Assembly (NCBI GenBank): GCA_963997805.1
Contig: CAXEOD010000001.1
Span: 3,635 to 67,634, forward strand
Direction: 5' to 3'
Source: an uncultured Candidatus Poseidoniales archaeon
Lineage (GTDB): Archaea > Thermoplasmatota > Poseidoniia > Poseidoniales > Thalassarchaeaceae
Length of the DNA stretch: 64,000 bases
Shown here piece after piece: positions 45,255 through 53,964 of this stretch. The position numbers and the translations under genes were made by a program. The notes below the pieces were generated by a model. The model did no database searches. It was not told the origin of the DNA and saw only the letters and a program-made list of their open reading frames with translations. How positions within the stretch are numbered: position 1 is the first letter of the stretch; each line of letters starts with the position of its first letter.

Positions 45255-47906
45255 TCATAATCGCCGCTGAGTAGACTCTCTTAGGCCATCATGGTAGCCA
45301 CTTATACCAGCGGCTAATCGAGCTGCCACTTCGGGGTCACCGTTGACAATTTCAGTTGCACTGAAGGCTGGCCATCTCTCACGAGGTTGCAACAACCATC
45401 CAATCATCGGATGAATTTGTCCTACAACTGGTTTAGTGTTGACAAGAATTGACTTCAACGTATTCAGAATGTCTGTCAACTCAGCAAAGCCCTGCAACTC
45501 CACGTCAATTTCAACACCCTGCAGAATCCTCTCCAAACGAGAGACAAGGTCAGTAGGACAACCGGGGTGTTCTACCTCACCTATCCCTGGAATTGTATGT
45601 ATCTCACCAATCTGACGAAATAGGGCCGACGCCCATGGAATACTCTCACCCAAAAGCATCTCTCGCCCGTCTACTCCTTCAGTAATGGTATTGAACAATA
45701 GTGGTGAAAAAGGGGCCCACCATTCAATGGGTAGAGATGTGATTTCTCTAATTTCTTCAACCGATGGGGTTCTATCATCTCTCGCTGTTGAGAGCAGGGA
45801 TATCCAGCCATTAATTATGGGTGATGACCTTTGAGATGCCTCAATGTCCCTTACCCAGTTATCATCTAATTCTCCTTGAGAAGATAGCCAAGTCAATCCG
45901 GTTAAAGCCGGAATTATATTTGATGGTGAGGATTTAGAAATACTATTTGGAGCCCAACGAGCCAAATCAGAAGCAAGTTCAGGTGGTAGCCATGCAACCT
46001 GCGAAAGTAGCGTGGAGGTTAACCATGACGAAGCAACATCATTGAAGTGATGTGAATCAATTAGAGTTCTCAATCTCAACGCTAAGTCATCCTCATCTCG
46101 GATCCTTTGTACAAGATGATTGTGAGCTAATTCCTGCCAATCATTCGGCGCAGTTCCTGCAATTTCCGATAGAAATTCTATTGGCACTTTTTCTACAGGT
46201 AGAAGCGAAATCCAATCAGCGCCTAGCCGATTACCTTGTCGACGCCACAGCGGCCAGCGATTATCATCTGGACACGCTATCCATGCAGCTAATGGGTCAA
46301 CTGATTCAATTCTATCAGCCCAATCAGCATCACCTTCTGGATATCGCAGTGATGCGGCAAACAATCTCATCTCTTCGGATGAGTCTTCAGATGCATCAGG
46401 AGGTGCCGAATCACCTGCTGCATGTCGCGCCGCTGCAACAACCTCCTCTAGAGTTGATGCTGAATTTGGAGGCACCCAAAGTGGCGGTGGGGATGTGAAA
46501 CTAGGTGGTGGGCGATGTGTTACCTTGCAGGGTAACTCAACATCTCCAGCCAATTTCAAGAGGTACCAAGAGAGTGAGCGAATTGGATCTGGCCTTAGGG
46601 TGGGGTAGGCGAGTGGCTCTTCAGGTTCTTGAGAGAGAATTGCGAGTCTAGTTCTCGGGTCTTGGAAAACTGAATGTAGTTGTCCTGGATCATGGTGGCC
46701 AGGAGGGTATTGTAAAACTACAGGGGTTGTTTCTTGGCGTGCCAAAGACCAGTCAATCAGAGAAAGCCAAGCCGTTGATGATAGACCTTGAACATCGATG
46801 ATAATATTCTCTACCTCACTTTTTTCACTCCATTGATGTTTCGACCAATCTGATTGGAAACGCCTCCAAGTTGATTCTTCAACTCTAATGTTACCACTTC
46901 GTTTGCGGCGTCCTTTACGAATTGCTTGAGTCAATCCTTGCAATCGGTGTCGGCGTTCTGTTTCTGAAAGGCGTGGGTGAGCGCGATTAATCCATGAATC
47001 AAGAATTGAAAGGGGTAGAGTATCACCTTGACGTCCTAAAAGTGATGCTTCTGCAATTACAAGGGCACCATTTGAGGCAGCTGAAAGGAGAGTAGTTGTT
47101 GAAAGTCTATCAGGTAATATTGCACAAATAGGGCATTGGGACTGAAGGGGGGAAATTGATTCATGGGCTGTTCCAAGGGTCCAAGATTCTGATTCCCCCA
47201 TCGGCATTGGGAGGTCTGGCCAGCCCTCTATCCCAGGTTCACCAAACCAACTTCCAATTGCTAACTTCAGCGATTGACGTGGGTCAAGCAATCTAGCACG
47301 AACTAATCCTATTACAGGTGCAGGTTCTACCCAATCTGACAATGATGTTGTTGATTGTTCATCAGAAGGTGCAGGAACCTGCTCAAGAGATGCTAAGTCG
47401 TACCATCTTACTTCTGCCTCGCGCGCAACTGCCCAAACATATTCAGCCTTCACCCCCTTAATTCCACTAGAGATTACCGTTTGCTCTGAATGACTGTAAT
47501 CTCCACTCCAAGGTAATGGAATGAGGGGGCTAGTGAGGGGTTTAGTGTAAGCAAGTAGAAGTTGAGGACCATCTTTTGCAAGTAATTTTCCAATCGCATG
47601 TTCGGGAATTGAATCAATACTGCTTTCAGCCAATCTAGCCAATTCATCACCAAGAAAAATCTGCCAGCCAGCCGCTGTGAGATGCTGTTTTGCACCTCTT
47701 TGCCCTGGTCCAGAATCCGACTGTATAAGGCCCTCTGCCCTCATTCTCTTCAATTCTGCAGAAGCATGGGGCAATCGTAATGCAACTGCTTTACTTGAAC
47801 CGGTGACAGTTGAAGGGCCATCGGAAAGATGGTCCAATAACCTCCGTCTGTAACTACCTCGGATTCGTGAAAAGGTCACCGGATTTCCACTCTTGGCCAT
47901 ACCCAC
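45255..47906 (-). CDS. Large (883 aa) hypothetical protein with an N-terminal winged-helix DNA-binding-like domain
   Basis: N-terminal wHTH-like segment (…RRRLLDHLSDGPSTVTGSSKAVALRLPHASAELKRMRAEGLIQS…); Leu/Trp-rich alpha-helical remainder; no NTPase motifs found. Confidence 0.5.
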   Translation of the reverse strand: MGMAKSGNPVTFSRIRGSYRRRLLDHLSDGPSTVTGSSKAVALRLPHASAELKRMRAEGLIQSDSGPGQRGAKQHLTAAGWQIFLGDELARLAESSIDSIPEHAIGKLLAKDGPQLLLAYTKPLTSPLIPLPWSGDYSHSEQTVISSGIKGVKAEYVWAVAREAEVRWYDLASLEQVPAPSDEQSTTSLSDWVEPAPVIGLVRARLLDPRQSLKLAIGSWFGEPGIEGWPDLPMPMGESESWTLGTAHESISPLQSQCPICAILPDRLSTTTLLSAASNGALVIAEASLLGRQGDTLPLSILDSWINRAHPRLSETERRHRLQGLTQAIRKGRRKRSGNIRVEESTWRRFQSDWSKHQWSEKSEVENIIIDVQGLSSTAWLSLIDWSLARQETTPVVLQYPPGHHDPGQLHSVFQDPRTRLAILSQEPEEPLAYPTLRPDPIRSLSWYLLKLAGDVELPCKVTHRPPPSFTSPPPLWVPPNSASTLEEVVAAARHAAGDSAPPDASEDSSEEMRLFAASLRYPEGDADWADRIESVDPLAAWIACPDDNRWPLWRRQGNRLGADWISLLPVEKVPIEFLSEIAGTAPNDWQELAHNHLVQRIRDEDDLALRLRTLIDSHHFNDVASSWLTSTLLSQVAWLPPELASDLARWAPNSISKSSPSNIIPALTGLTWLSSQGELDDNWVRDIEASQRSSPIINGWISLLSTARDDRTPSVEEIREITSLPIEWWAPFSPLLFNTITEGVDGREMLLGESIPWASALFRQIGEIHTIPGIGEVEHPGCPTDLVSRLERILQGVEIDVELQGFAELTDILNTLKSILVNTKPVVGQIHPMIGWLLQPRERWPAFSATEIVNGDPEVAARLAAGISGYHDGLRESTQRRL

Positions 47907-48191
47907 CTCTCCGACACCTCAACAGGGCGCTTGGTATTAGGGAGTTGTTGATAGTACTTCAATTATTTCATTAGTTACCGTTTGTTACATATTTCCACTG
48001 GAGAAAGTACGGTTTTACTAACTCACCGATTATTTTATTCTCCAACCATGCAATAAATACGTCACCATCTGTAACAACAATGCGTCATCTGTGGCAATGG
48101 TTATATCAGCGACAGCACTCCCTCAGGTCAGACGGTGTAAAGAACCCCCGTGGGTAACCGTTAGATGACTTGGAGGAAAAGGTGAAGAAAA

Positions 48192-48494
48192 ATGAAAACA
48201 GTTAGAATCAGACAGAAGATTAAGGCATTCCTTGCTGAGAGACCACGTAATACCGCGGAAATTCTTGAGCACATCAATACCACAATGAGACACGGGACAA
48301 CAAGCCAACAACTTGGCAATGTTCTCTCTAAAGATAAAGACATAGTGAAGGTCGGATACATCAAGAGAAGTGGAATTCTCTCAGGTGGGTATGATATCTG
48401 TGAGTGGGCAATTGTCGACTGGGTAAAAGACAAGCATCCAGAATGGAGACCTGGCCAGCCATTTCTTCTTGACCGTGGCGGCCCAGGGTTCTGA
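48192..48494 (+). CDS. Small winged-helix protein (100 aa)
   Basis: RBS GGAGGAAAAGGTG before the ATG; wHTH-like pattern (…NTAEILEHINTTMRHGTTSQQLGNVLSKDKDIVKVGY…). Confidence 0.4.
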   Translation: MKTVRIRQKIKAFLAERPRNTAEILEHINTTMRHGTTSQQLGNVLSKDKDIVKVGYIKRSGILSGGYDICEWAIVDWVKDKHPEWRPGQPFLLDRGGPGF

Positions 48495-48587
48495 AGTAGT
48501 TGATTGAAAATCAATTTACAATCGCGAATGGTTCACCATCCATCGTGTACTAGTGGCCGAGAAGTACTTTGTAGGTACATTTGGCTC

Positions 48588-49607
48588 TCAATTTTCAAGT
48601 GTAATGTCCCAATCGCCTGAACGTGCAAGGCTATTCATCTTGGCACGGTGGGAAAAAGCGTTTTGGCTATCTTCTGGAGTCCCAGTAGCCCAAGTTTGGA
48701 GTGCTGCTGCTTGTAAGGCTCTACCATAGGAGTACGAAAGTTGCCACGGTGGGTTTTCATCCATTGAATTCATCAAATTGAGATGAGCGGTAGCATCTTC
48801 ATCAGATTGTCCACCAGACAAGAACACTATACCGGGCAGATTTTGGGGGACATTCTCCCTCAGGCACTTGAGAGTTAACTGAGCTACTTCTTCTCTAGAT
48901 ATTTGCTCAGTACAATCCGTCCCAGCGATTATCATGTTTGGTTTCAAGAGGGCACCAGGGATGTGTACCCCCTGATCTTTACAAGCCGCAAAGGTTGCAG
49001 TGAGTATATCTGCAGTAACAGAATAACAACGAGCGGCATCATGACTCCCTTCCATCAAAACTTCTGGCTCAATAATTGGCACTAATCCTTGCTCTTGACA
49101 TATTGCTGAATAGCGAGCTAATGCATGTGCATTTGCGCTGATGCAAGCTTGGGAAGGGATTCCATCGGCAATCGTAATGACGGCGCGCCATTTTGCAAAT
49201 CGTGCACCCATGTTGAAATATTCCATACATCGAGACCGCAATCCATCTAAGCCTTCTGTGATTTTTTCACCACTGTGATTTGCCAAAAGATAAGCGCCTG
49301 TGTCTACTTTGATTCCAGGGAGAATGTCTTTCGCTAACAAGTAATCAGGTATTGCTATCCCATCATCCATCATCTGTCTGATGGTCTCATCATAGAGGAT
49401 TACACCACTTACTGCCGATTCGCAACCTGGTGCCGCGAACAAGTTTGCTCGGTAAGACCGACGTGCCTCTTCAGTTGGCTCAACCCCAACTCCTTGAAGT
49501 CGGCTACTCATTGTCCCCGTACTTTCATCTGCAGCTAGAATCCCTCGCCCCGGAGTGACCAATTTATTTGCATTTTCTTCAAGCATCGTAATGTCCATGC
49601 GTACCAC
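48588..49607 (-). CDS. Fructose-bisphosphate aldolase, class I, eukaryotic type
   Basis: GRGILAADESTGTMSSRL signature and Schiff-base lysine context ALLKPNMIIAG; 339 aa. Confidence 0.85.
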   Translation of the reverse strand: MVRMDITMLEENANKLVTPGRGILAADESTGTMSSRLQGVGVEPTEEARRSYRANLFAAPGCESAVSGVILYDETIRQMMDDGIAIPDYLLAKDILPGIKVDTGAYLLANHSGEKITEGLDGLRSRCMEYFNMGARFAKWRAVITIADGIPSQACISANAHALARYSAICQEQGLVPIIEPEVLMEGSHDAARCYSVTADILTATFAACKDQGVHIPGALLKPNMIIAGTDCTEQISREEVAQLTLKCLRENVPQNLPGIVFLSGGQSDEDATAHLNLMNSMDENPPWQLSYSYGRALQAAALQTWATGTPEDSQNAFSHRAKMNSLARSGDWDITLEN

Positions 49608-49837
49608 TTATGAAGCACGAGTCGGCTTGGTATTTTCAAGTCATCGCAGGAAGTTAATACGCAATATTAGTCACATCATCACGTAAAATAATTGCACAAA
49701 CATACAAGAATTATTAACCAATTTATTTAACTACATAATCGGACTCAAAAAAAAAACAAGTCATGGCTATAATACGTAGGTAATGTGCTGAAGACGAGTA
49801 AAAGAATTGAACGTGTAAAGGGTGGGGGGGGAATACG

Positions 49838-50023
49838 ATGGTTGAAAGTAACTTGACATGTCCCGAATGTAGCCATATTGAAACGATTGAAATGCCGACT
49901 GATTACTGCTTATTCTTTCATCAGTGTAATAATTGTAAAATTACTTTGAAACCCAAAAAAGGTGACTGCTGTGTGTTTTGCAGTTATGGAGATAAATTAT
50001 GTCCACCAAAAAGTGGTTGCTAG
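49838..50023 (+). CDS. Small Cys-rich zinc-ribbon protein (61 aa)
   Basis: CPEC…CNNC…CCVFC…C pattern; G-rich RBS (GGGTGGGGGGGG) upstream of the ATG. Confidence 0.35.
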   Translation: MVESNLTCPECSHIETIEMPTDYCLFFHQCNNCKITLKPKKGDCCVFCSYGDKLCPPKSGC

Positions 50024-50027
50024 TGAC

Positions 50028-50981
50028 TCATTGAGGATACTCAGTACTGATGAATCGTCTTACTCCACTTGCCACATCAATTACTTCTGAGTGTACAACT
50101 ACCCGACCACCAAGGTCTTCTACTCCTGGAAGATACCCTGAGCAAACGCCACTGGCAACGAATAATGCGTCTGAACTCGAGCACAAATCATCCCTACCCC
50201 ATAGCCGATAAACATCATCCCCAATCATCTCCTTTGCTCGACGCTCGTGGTCTTCATTTGTAGTTACGAGACGTCCTTCAAAATGACCACCTAAACCCCT
50301 CAATGCTGTTGCTGTTATCACACCTTCAGGAGCCGCCCCTATCCCCATCAGGAGATCAATATCACTTTCTGGGTTTGCGGCGTCAAGGGCTGCGGCAACG
50401 TCCCCATCACCAATGAGAGGTACTGAGACACCGAAATCTCTCAATTCTTTAATCAAGTCAATGTGACGATCTCGGTCCATTACAACGATTTTTAGGTCTG
50501 TTATTTCTTTGTCCAAAGCGGACGCGGCGGCTTCTACATTGTATGCAACATCCGCTTCAAGTGAAATTTCGCCAACAACTTCAGCAGGACCTGCTAGTTT
50601 GTCCATATAACAATCCGGCGCATGTAAAAGGGAACCACGCGGAGCGGCGGCAAGCACCGCAATTGCATTAGGTAAATCCTTGGCAACATGATTAGTACAC
50701 TCAAGAGGGTCTACTGCAATGTCAACCTGTAATGCTCCCTCCTCGCCCTGCATTGAACCAAGTGGTTCACCAATCCACAACATTGGTGCGTCATCTCTCT
50801 CACCCTCACCGATAGCCACTCGGCCATCAAATGGTACTGAGTCAAAGACACTACGCATCGCTTCCACTGCGGCTCCATCAGCCAATTTACCATCACCGTG
50901 TCCGCGCCATTTTGCTGCTGCTATTGCAGCAGCCTCGGTTGCTTTCACGAAGTAAGATGTCAAATCACTAGTCTTCGCCAT
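50028..50981 (-). CDS. glpX: Fructose-1,6-bisphosphatase class II (GlpX type)
   Basis: N-terminus …ATEAAAIAAAKWRGHGDGKLADGAAVEAMR… and the overall GlpX pattern; 317 aa. Confidence 0.85.
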   Translation of the reverse strand: MAKTSDLTSYFVKATEAAAIAAAKWRGHGDGKLADGAAVEAMRSVFDSVPFDGRVAIGEGERDDAPMLWIGEPLGSMQGEEGALQVDIAVDPLECTNHVAKDLPNAIAVLAAAPRGSLLHAPDCYMDKLAGPAEVVGEISLEADVAYNVEAAASALDKEITDLKIVVMDRDRHIDLIKELRDFGVSVPLIGDGDVAAALDAANPESDIDLLMGIGAAPEGVITATALRGLGGHFEGRLVTTNEDHERRAKEMIGDDVYRLWGRDDLCSSSDALFVASGVCSGYLPGVEDLGGRVVVHSEVIDVASGVRRFISTEYPQ

Positions 50982-51017
50982 GGTTGCGGGAGGACCTATC
51001 GGTTCTCAATGTGGCGG

Positions 51018-51467
51018 TCACGAACCTTTCTTCTTTTCAAGAACTTGAATAGACTCAATTTGAGTTTCTGGATATTGTCCTTGGTCATCCTTTTCTAATG
51101 ACTTCACCATATCCCACGCGCATAGAAGGCCTGCTGAAACACCAACAATTGCTTCCATCTCAACACCAGTTTTCCAATGCGCTGAAACAGATAATGTGCA
51201 ACGAAGGGAATCTTCTTCCCAATCCCAAGACACATTACAACCTTCAATGGGAATAACATGACAATGAGGAATGATTCTCGGCGTGTCTTTTACCGCTTGA
51301 ATTGCCGCAACAGTAGATGCTTCCAAAACATCACCCTTTGCGATTAATCCATTCCTAATTGCATCTGCTGAATCGGAGGATAGACGCAGTAATCCGGTAG
51401 CAACCGCGCTTCTCTCAACTATTGGCTTATGCCCAATTGGTACTATTCCATCAATGCCGTTGCTCAT
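51018..51467 (-). CDS. moaC: Cyclic pyranopterin monophosphate synthase MoaC
   Basis: 149 aa with MoaC motifs (…AVATG…IAKGDVL…AAIQAVK…IPHCH…). Confidence 0.85.
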   Translation of the reverse strand: MSNGIDGIVPIGHKPIVERSAVATGLLRLSSDSADAIRNGLIAKGDVLEASTVAAIQAVKDTPRIIPHCHVIPIEGCNVSWDWEEDSLRCTLSVSAHWKTGVEMEAIVGVSAGLLCAWDMVKSLEKDDQGQYPETQIESIQVLEKKKGS

Positions 51468-51895
51468 CCCAAACCACCTTTCCAGATCGTGCCATCAGCC
51501 CTAACTTCTTTTTTCCACAGGGGGGCTTGGGACTTCAGTTCATCTATCAACCAACTACAGGCCTCAAAACCCTCTGCCCTGTGCGGGCTTGCAACATGAA
51601 TCGCAACAATTGGTTCACTTGGTCCTACACTTCCAGTCCGGTGTGCCATTGAAACTGAAGAAACACCAAACTTAGACAGAGCTTGATATCCGAGGCTTGA
51701 GAGTACTTGGGGTAATTTTTCTTCCCATGCGTCAAATTCTAACCTTTTTATTTCCACCCCATTATCTTCCCCTCTAGTAATACCGAGAAAAGATACGATG
51801 CTGCCGCAACCCTCCAGATGAAGTCTTTCTCTGACCGCAGTCGAATCAAGAGATTCTGCCGCAGCAACTACGATAACTCTCTCATCTACAGTCAT
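51464..51895 (-). CDS. moaE: Molybdopterin synthase catalytic subunit MoaE
   Basis: …GSIVSFLGITRG…HRTGSVGPSEPIVAIHVASPHRAEGFEACSWLIDELKSQAPLWKKEV matches MoaE; overlaps moaC by 4 nt. Confidence 0.75.
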   Translation of the reverse strand: MTVDERVIVVAAAESLDSTAVRERLHLEGCGSIVSFLGITRGEDNGVEIKRLEFDAWEEKLPQVLSSLGYQALSKFGVSSVSMAHRTGSVGPSEPIVAIHVASPHRAEGFEACSWLIDELKSQAPLWKKEVRADGTIWKGGLG

Positions 51896-51952
51896 TTGAT
51901 TTTACTGAAAAAGCACCCCCGCATTAAACCGCCGATGGCGAATGCTTCATGA

Positions 51953-53218
51953 TTGAAGCGCCTCCCGAAGAAATTGATGGTGACGGTGTCTGATACTGAT
52001 GGGCCCATTCAAATCATGGGTGCTGGACTCTCGGGGTTAGCCGCTGCCATCATTTTAGCCAAAGCCGGACGTGAGGTGCATGTCCACGATATTCGTAACG
52101 ATTCAGGGGCAAGATTTGACGGTGATTTCCAAGGGATTGAAAATTGGACTAGCGATAAAGATTTCTTGGATGAGATGAGAGAATGGGGAATCGACCCTGA
52201 CGAATTTAAGAGTACTGCATTCCACCAAGTTGACGTCATTCATCCCGACGACGTCATCACTCAGGCATGGAGCCCAACAGTTGCATTCCGAGTCATTGAA
52301 AGAGGGACTGCACATCATACCATCGACCAAGGGCTGAAGCGTCAAGCAGTCGCAGCAGGAGCAAATCTTCACTACAAGTCAAGGGTAAAGCCAGAAGACT
52401 GCCATATCATCGCTGCAGGTCCGAAGGATACCTCGGCCCTCGCTTATGGCGAGATATTTGAGACATCACATCCAGACCATGTGGCTTTCCACTTCAATGA
52501 CAAATTAGCACCCGGAGCCTACGCTTACCTGATTGTCATAGACGGAATCGGACTGATCTGCACCTGTCTTTGGCGTAAACAACAGAAGAGTGGGCGCTAC
52601 CTCAACGAAACCATAGCTTGGTACGACAAGCATTATCCTGAACTAGACAGAAAGCCGATTAAACGGGTTGGAGGAAAAGGTGACTTCACAATTAATCGTA
52701 ATTACACAGTAGATGGCCGCCACTATGTAGGCGAGGCCGGCGGACTTCAGGACTTCATGTGGGGTTTTGGTATGCGATGTGCGATAACAAGTGGCGTATT
52801 TGCCGCCAAAGATATACTTGGTGAATGCAATTATGACAAGGAGGTACGCACCAGATTACTACCAACCGTCAAGACATCGGTGTCTAATCGTTGGCTAATG
52901 AATCGTGTTGGGAATCGCGCCTTCAAGCGAATCTCTGTTTCTTGGATGAAGGACCAGAAGAAGAGACAGGATGGACTTCCCTTCATCGGTCGGCTCTTTC
53001 GACCCGACCTGTTCCGAGGGCTCGTCTATCACCTCGCTGCGAAGTGGATGTTGAAGAAAGTAGATGTTGCAGATGGGCGAGTCATTCATCGGCTTCCCTA
53101 TCGAAAGGCCCTGAAACGTGATATTTGGGACCCTAGTGAGGAAGCCCTAGCCGTTGAGAATGAGTGGAAACTTTCTCGTAAGGTCGGTGGTAGAGAATCA
53201 TTCTCAGAAGAGGAATGA
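51953..53218 (+). CDS. FAD-dependent oxidoreductase, geranylgeranyl reductase family
   Basis: N-terminal Rossmann fold IMGAGLSGLAAAIILAKAGREVHVHD and GGR-like length (421 aa); substrate unknown. Confidence 0.5.
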   Translation: MKRLPKKLMVTVSDTDGPIQIMGAGLSGLAAAIILAKAGREVHVHDIRNDSGARFDGDFQGIENWTSDKDFLDEMREWGIDPDEFKSTAFHQVDVIHPDDVITQAWSPTVAFRVIERGTAHHTIDQGLKRQAVAAGANLHYKSRVKPEDCHIIAAGPKDTSALAYGEIFETSHPDHVAFHFNDKLAPGAYAYLIVIDGIGLICTCLWRKQQKSGRYLNETIAWYDKHYPELDRKPIKRVGGKGDFTINRNYTVDGRHYVGEAGGLQDFMWGFGMRCAITSGVFAAKDILGECNYDKEVRTRLLPTVKTSVSNRWLMNRVGNRAFKRISVSWMKDQKKRQDGLPFIGRLFRPDLFRGLVYHLAAKWMLKKVDVADGRVIHRLPYRKALKRDIWDPSEEALAVENEWKLSRKVGGRESFSEEE

Positions 53219-53219
53219 C

Positions 53220-53891
53220 TCAGGGCAACATACCGGTTGATCGGTATTCACGGGTGATGTCTTTGCCAGGGAATTGGTCCTCGGACTCTCGATAAACTGT
53301 TCTTAGATTGTTCACCCATTGCATTTGCTGGGTTACTATCCAGAACTCCTTTACCCCAATATCCTCAGCGGTGTCCATCCAACCCATCACAATCTCCATT
53401 GTCATTCTCGCCCCTTCACGATGTGGATAGGCAAACACATCCATACTAAGTGGGGGTGTAGCTACAATTGCTCTATCTTTGACGTTTGAAAGTTGTTCAA
53501 ATAATGTTTCATAGGCCTTTTTGATGAGACTCCGCCTTGATTCATCTTGGGTTGGTCTGCGACAATCTGGACCAACAACATGAATTAATTTCTTAGTTGC
53601 TAAATCATATGGTTCAGTGATAACTGATGTCCCAACTGGGCAAGGTTGCAAGTTATCTTTCCTGCGCTCAACAGCAATAGCATCACACTCTGCCCGTAAT
53701 CCAGGACCTGCCTGTTTGTGAATTTCTCCATCAACTCCCTCCCTTCCTGCAAGACGGTTGTTTGCAGTAGTAATCATTACATCTGCTTCAATCTTGGAAA
53801 TGTCGCCAATAATGACTTTTACCAAGCCATTCTTGCACTGTCGCGCCATGAAAACATCCACCATGTTTAGAGCAGGTGAGGCCGTCGGCAA
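53220..53891 (-). CDS. Macro domain protein (ADP-ribose / O-acetyl-ADP-ribose processing)
   Basis: …VIIGDISKIEADVMITTANNRLAGREGVDGEIHKQAGP… macro-domain signature. Confidence 0.7.
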   Translation of the reverse strand: MPTASPALNMVDVFMARQCKNGLVKVIIGDISKIEADVMITTANNRLAGREGVDGEIHKQAGPGLRAECDAIAVERRKDNLQPCPVGTSVITEPYDLATKKLIHVVGPDCRRPTQDESRRSLIKKAYETLFEQLSNVKDRAIVATPPLSMDVFAYPHREGARMTMEIVMGWMDTAEDIGVKEFWIVTQQMQWVNNLRTVYRESEDQFPGKDITREYRSTGMLP

Positions 53892-53964
53892 TATACCCCA
53901 CGCTGAATAGCCCTAAAATAAGGCTTTTTTTTAGAACACACACTGACATTAATGCGATAATTTA

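Noticed and set aside
44897-45260. Four overlapping 64-103-aa ORFs on both strands in the GC-rich island
   Set aside because: Overlapping ORFs in all frames with Arg/Pro/Gly-rich products are typical of high-GC non-coding RNA sequence. The region was interpreted as structured ncRNA instead.
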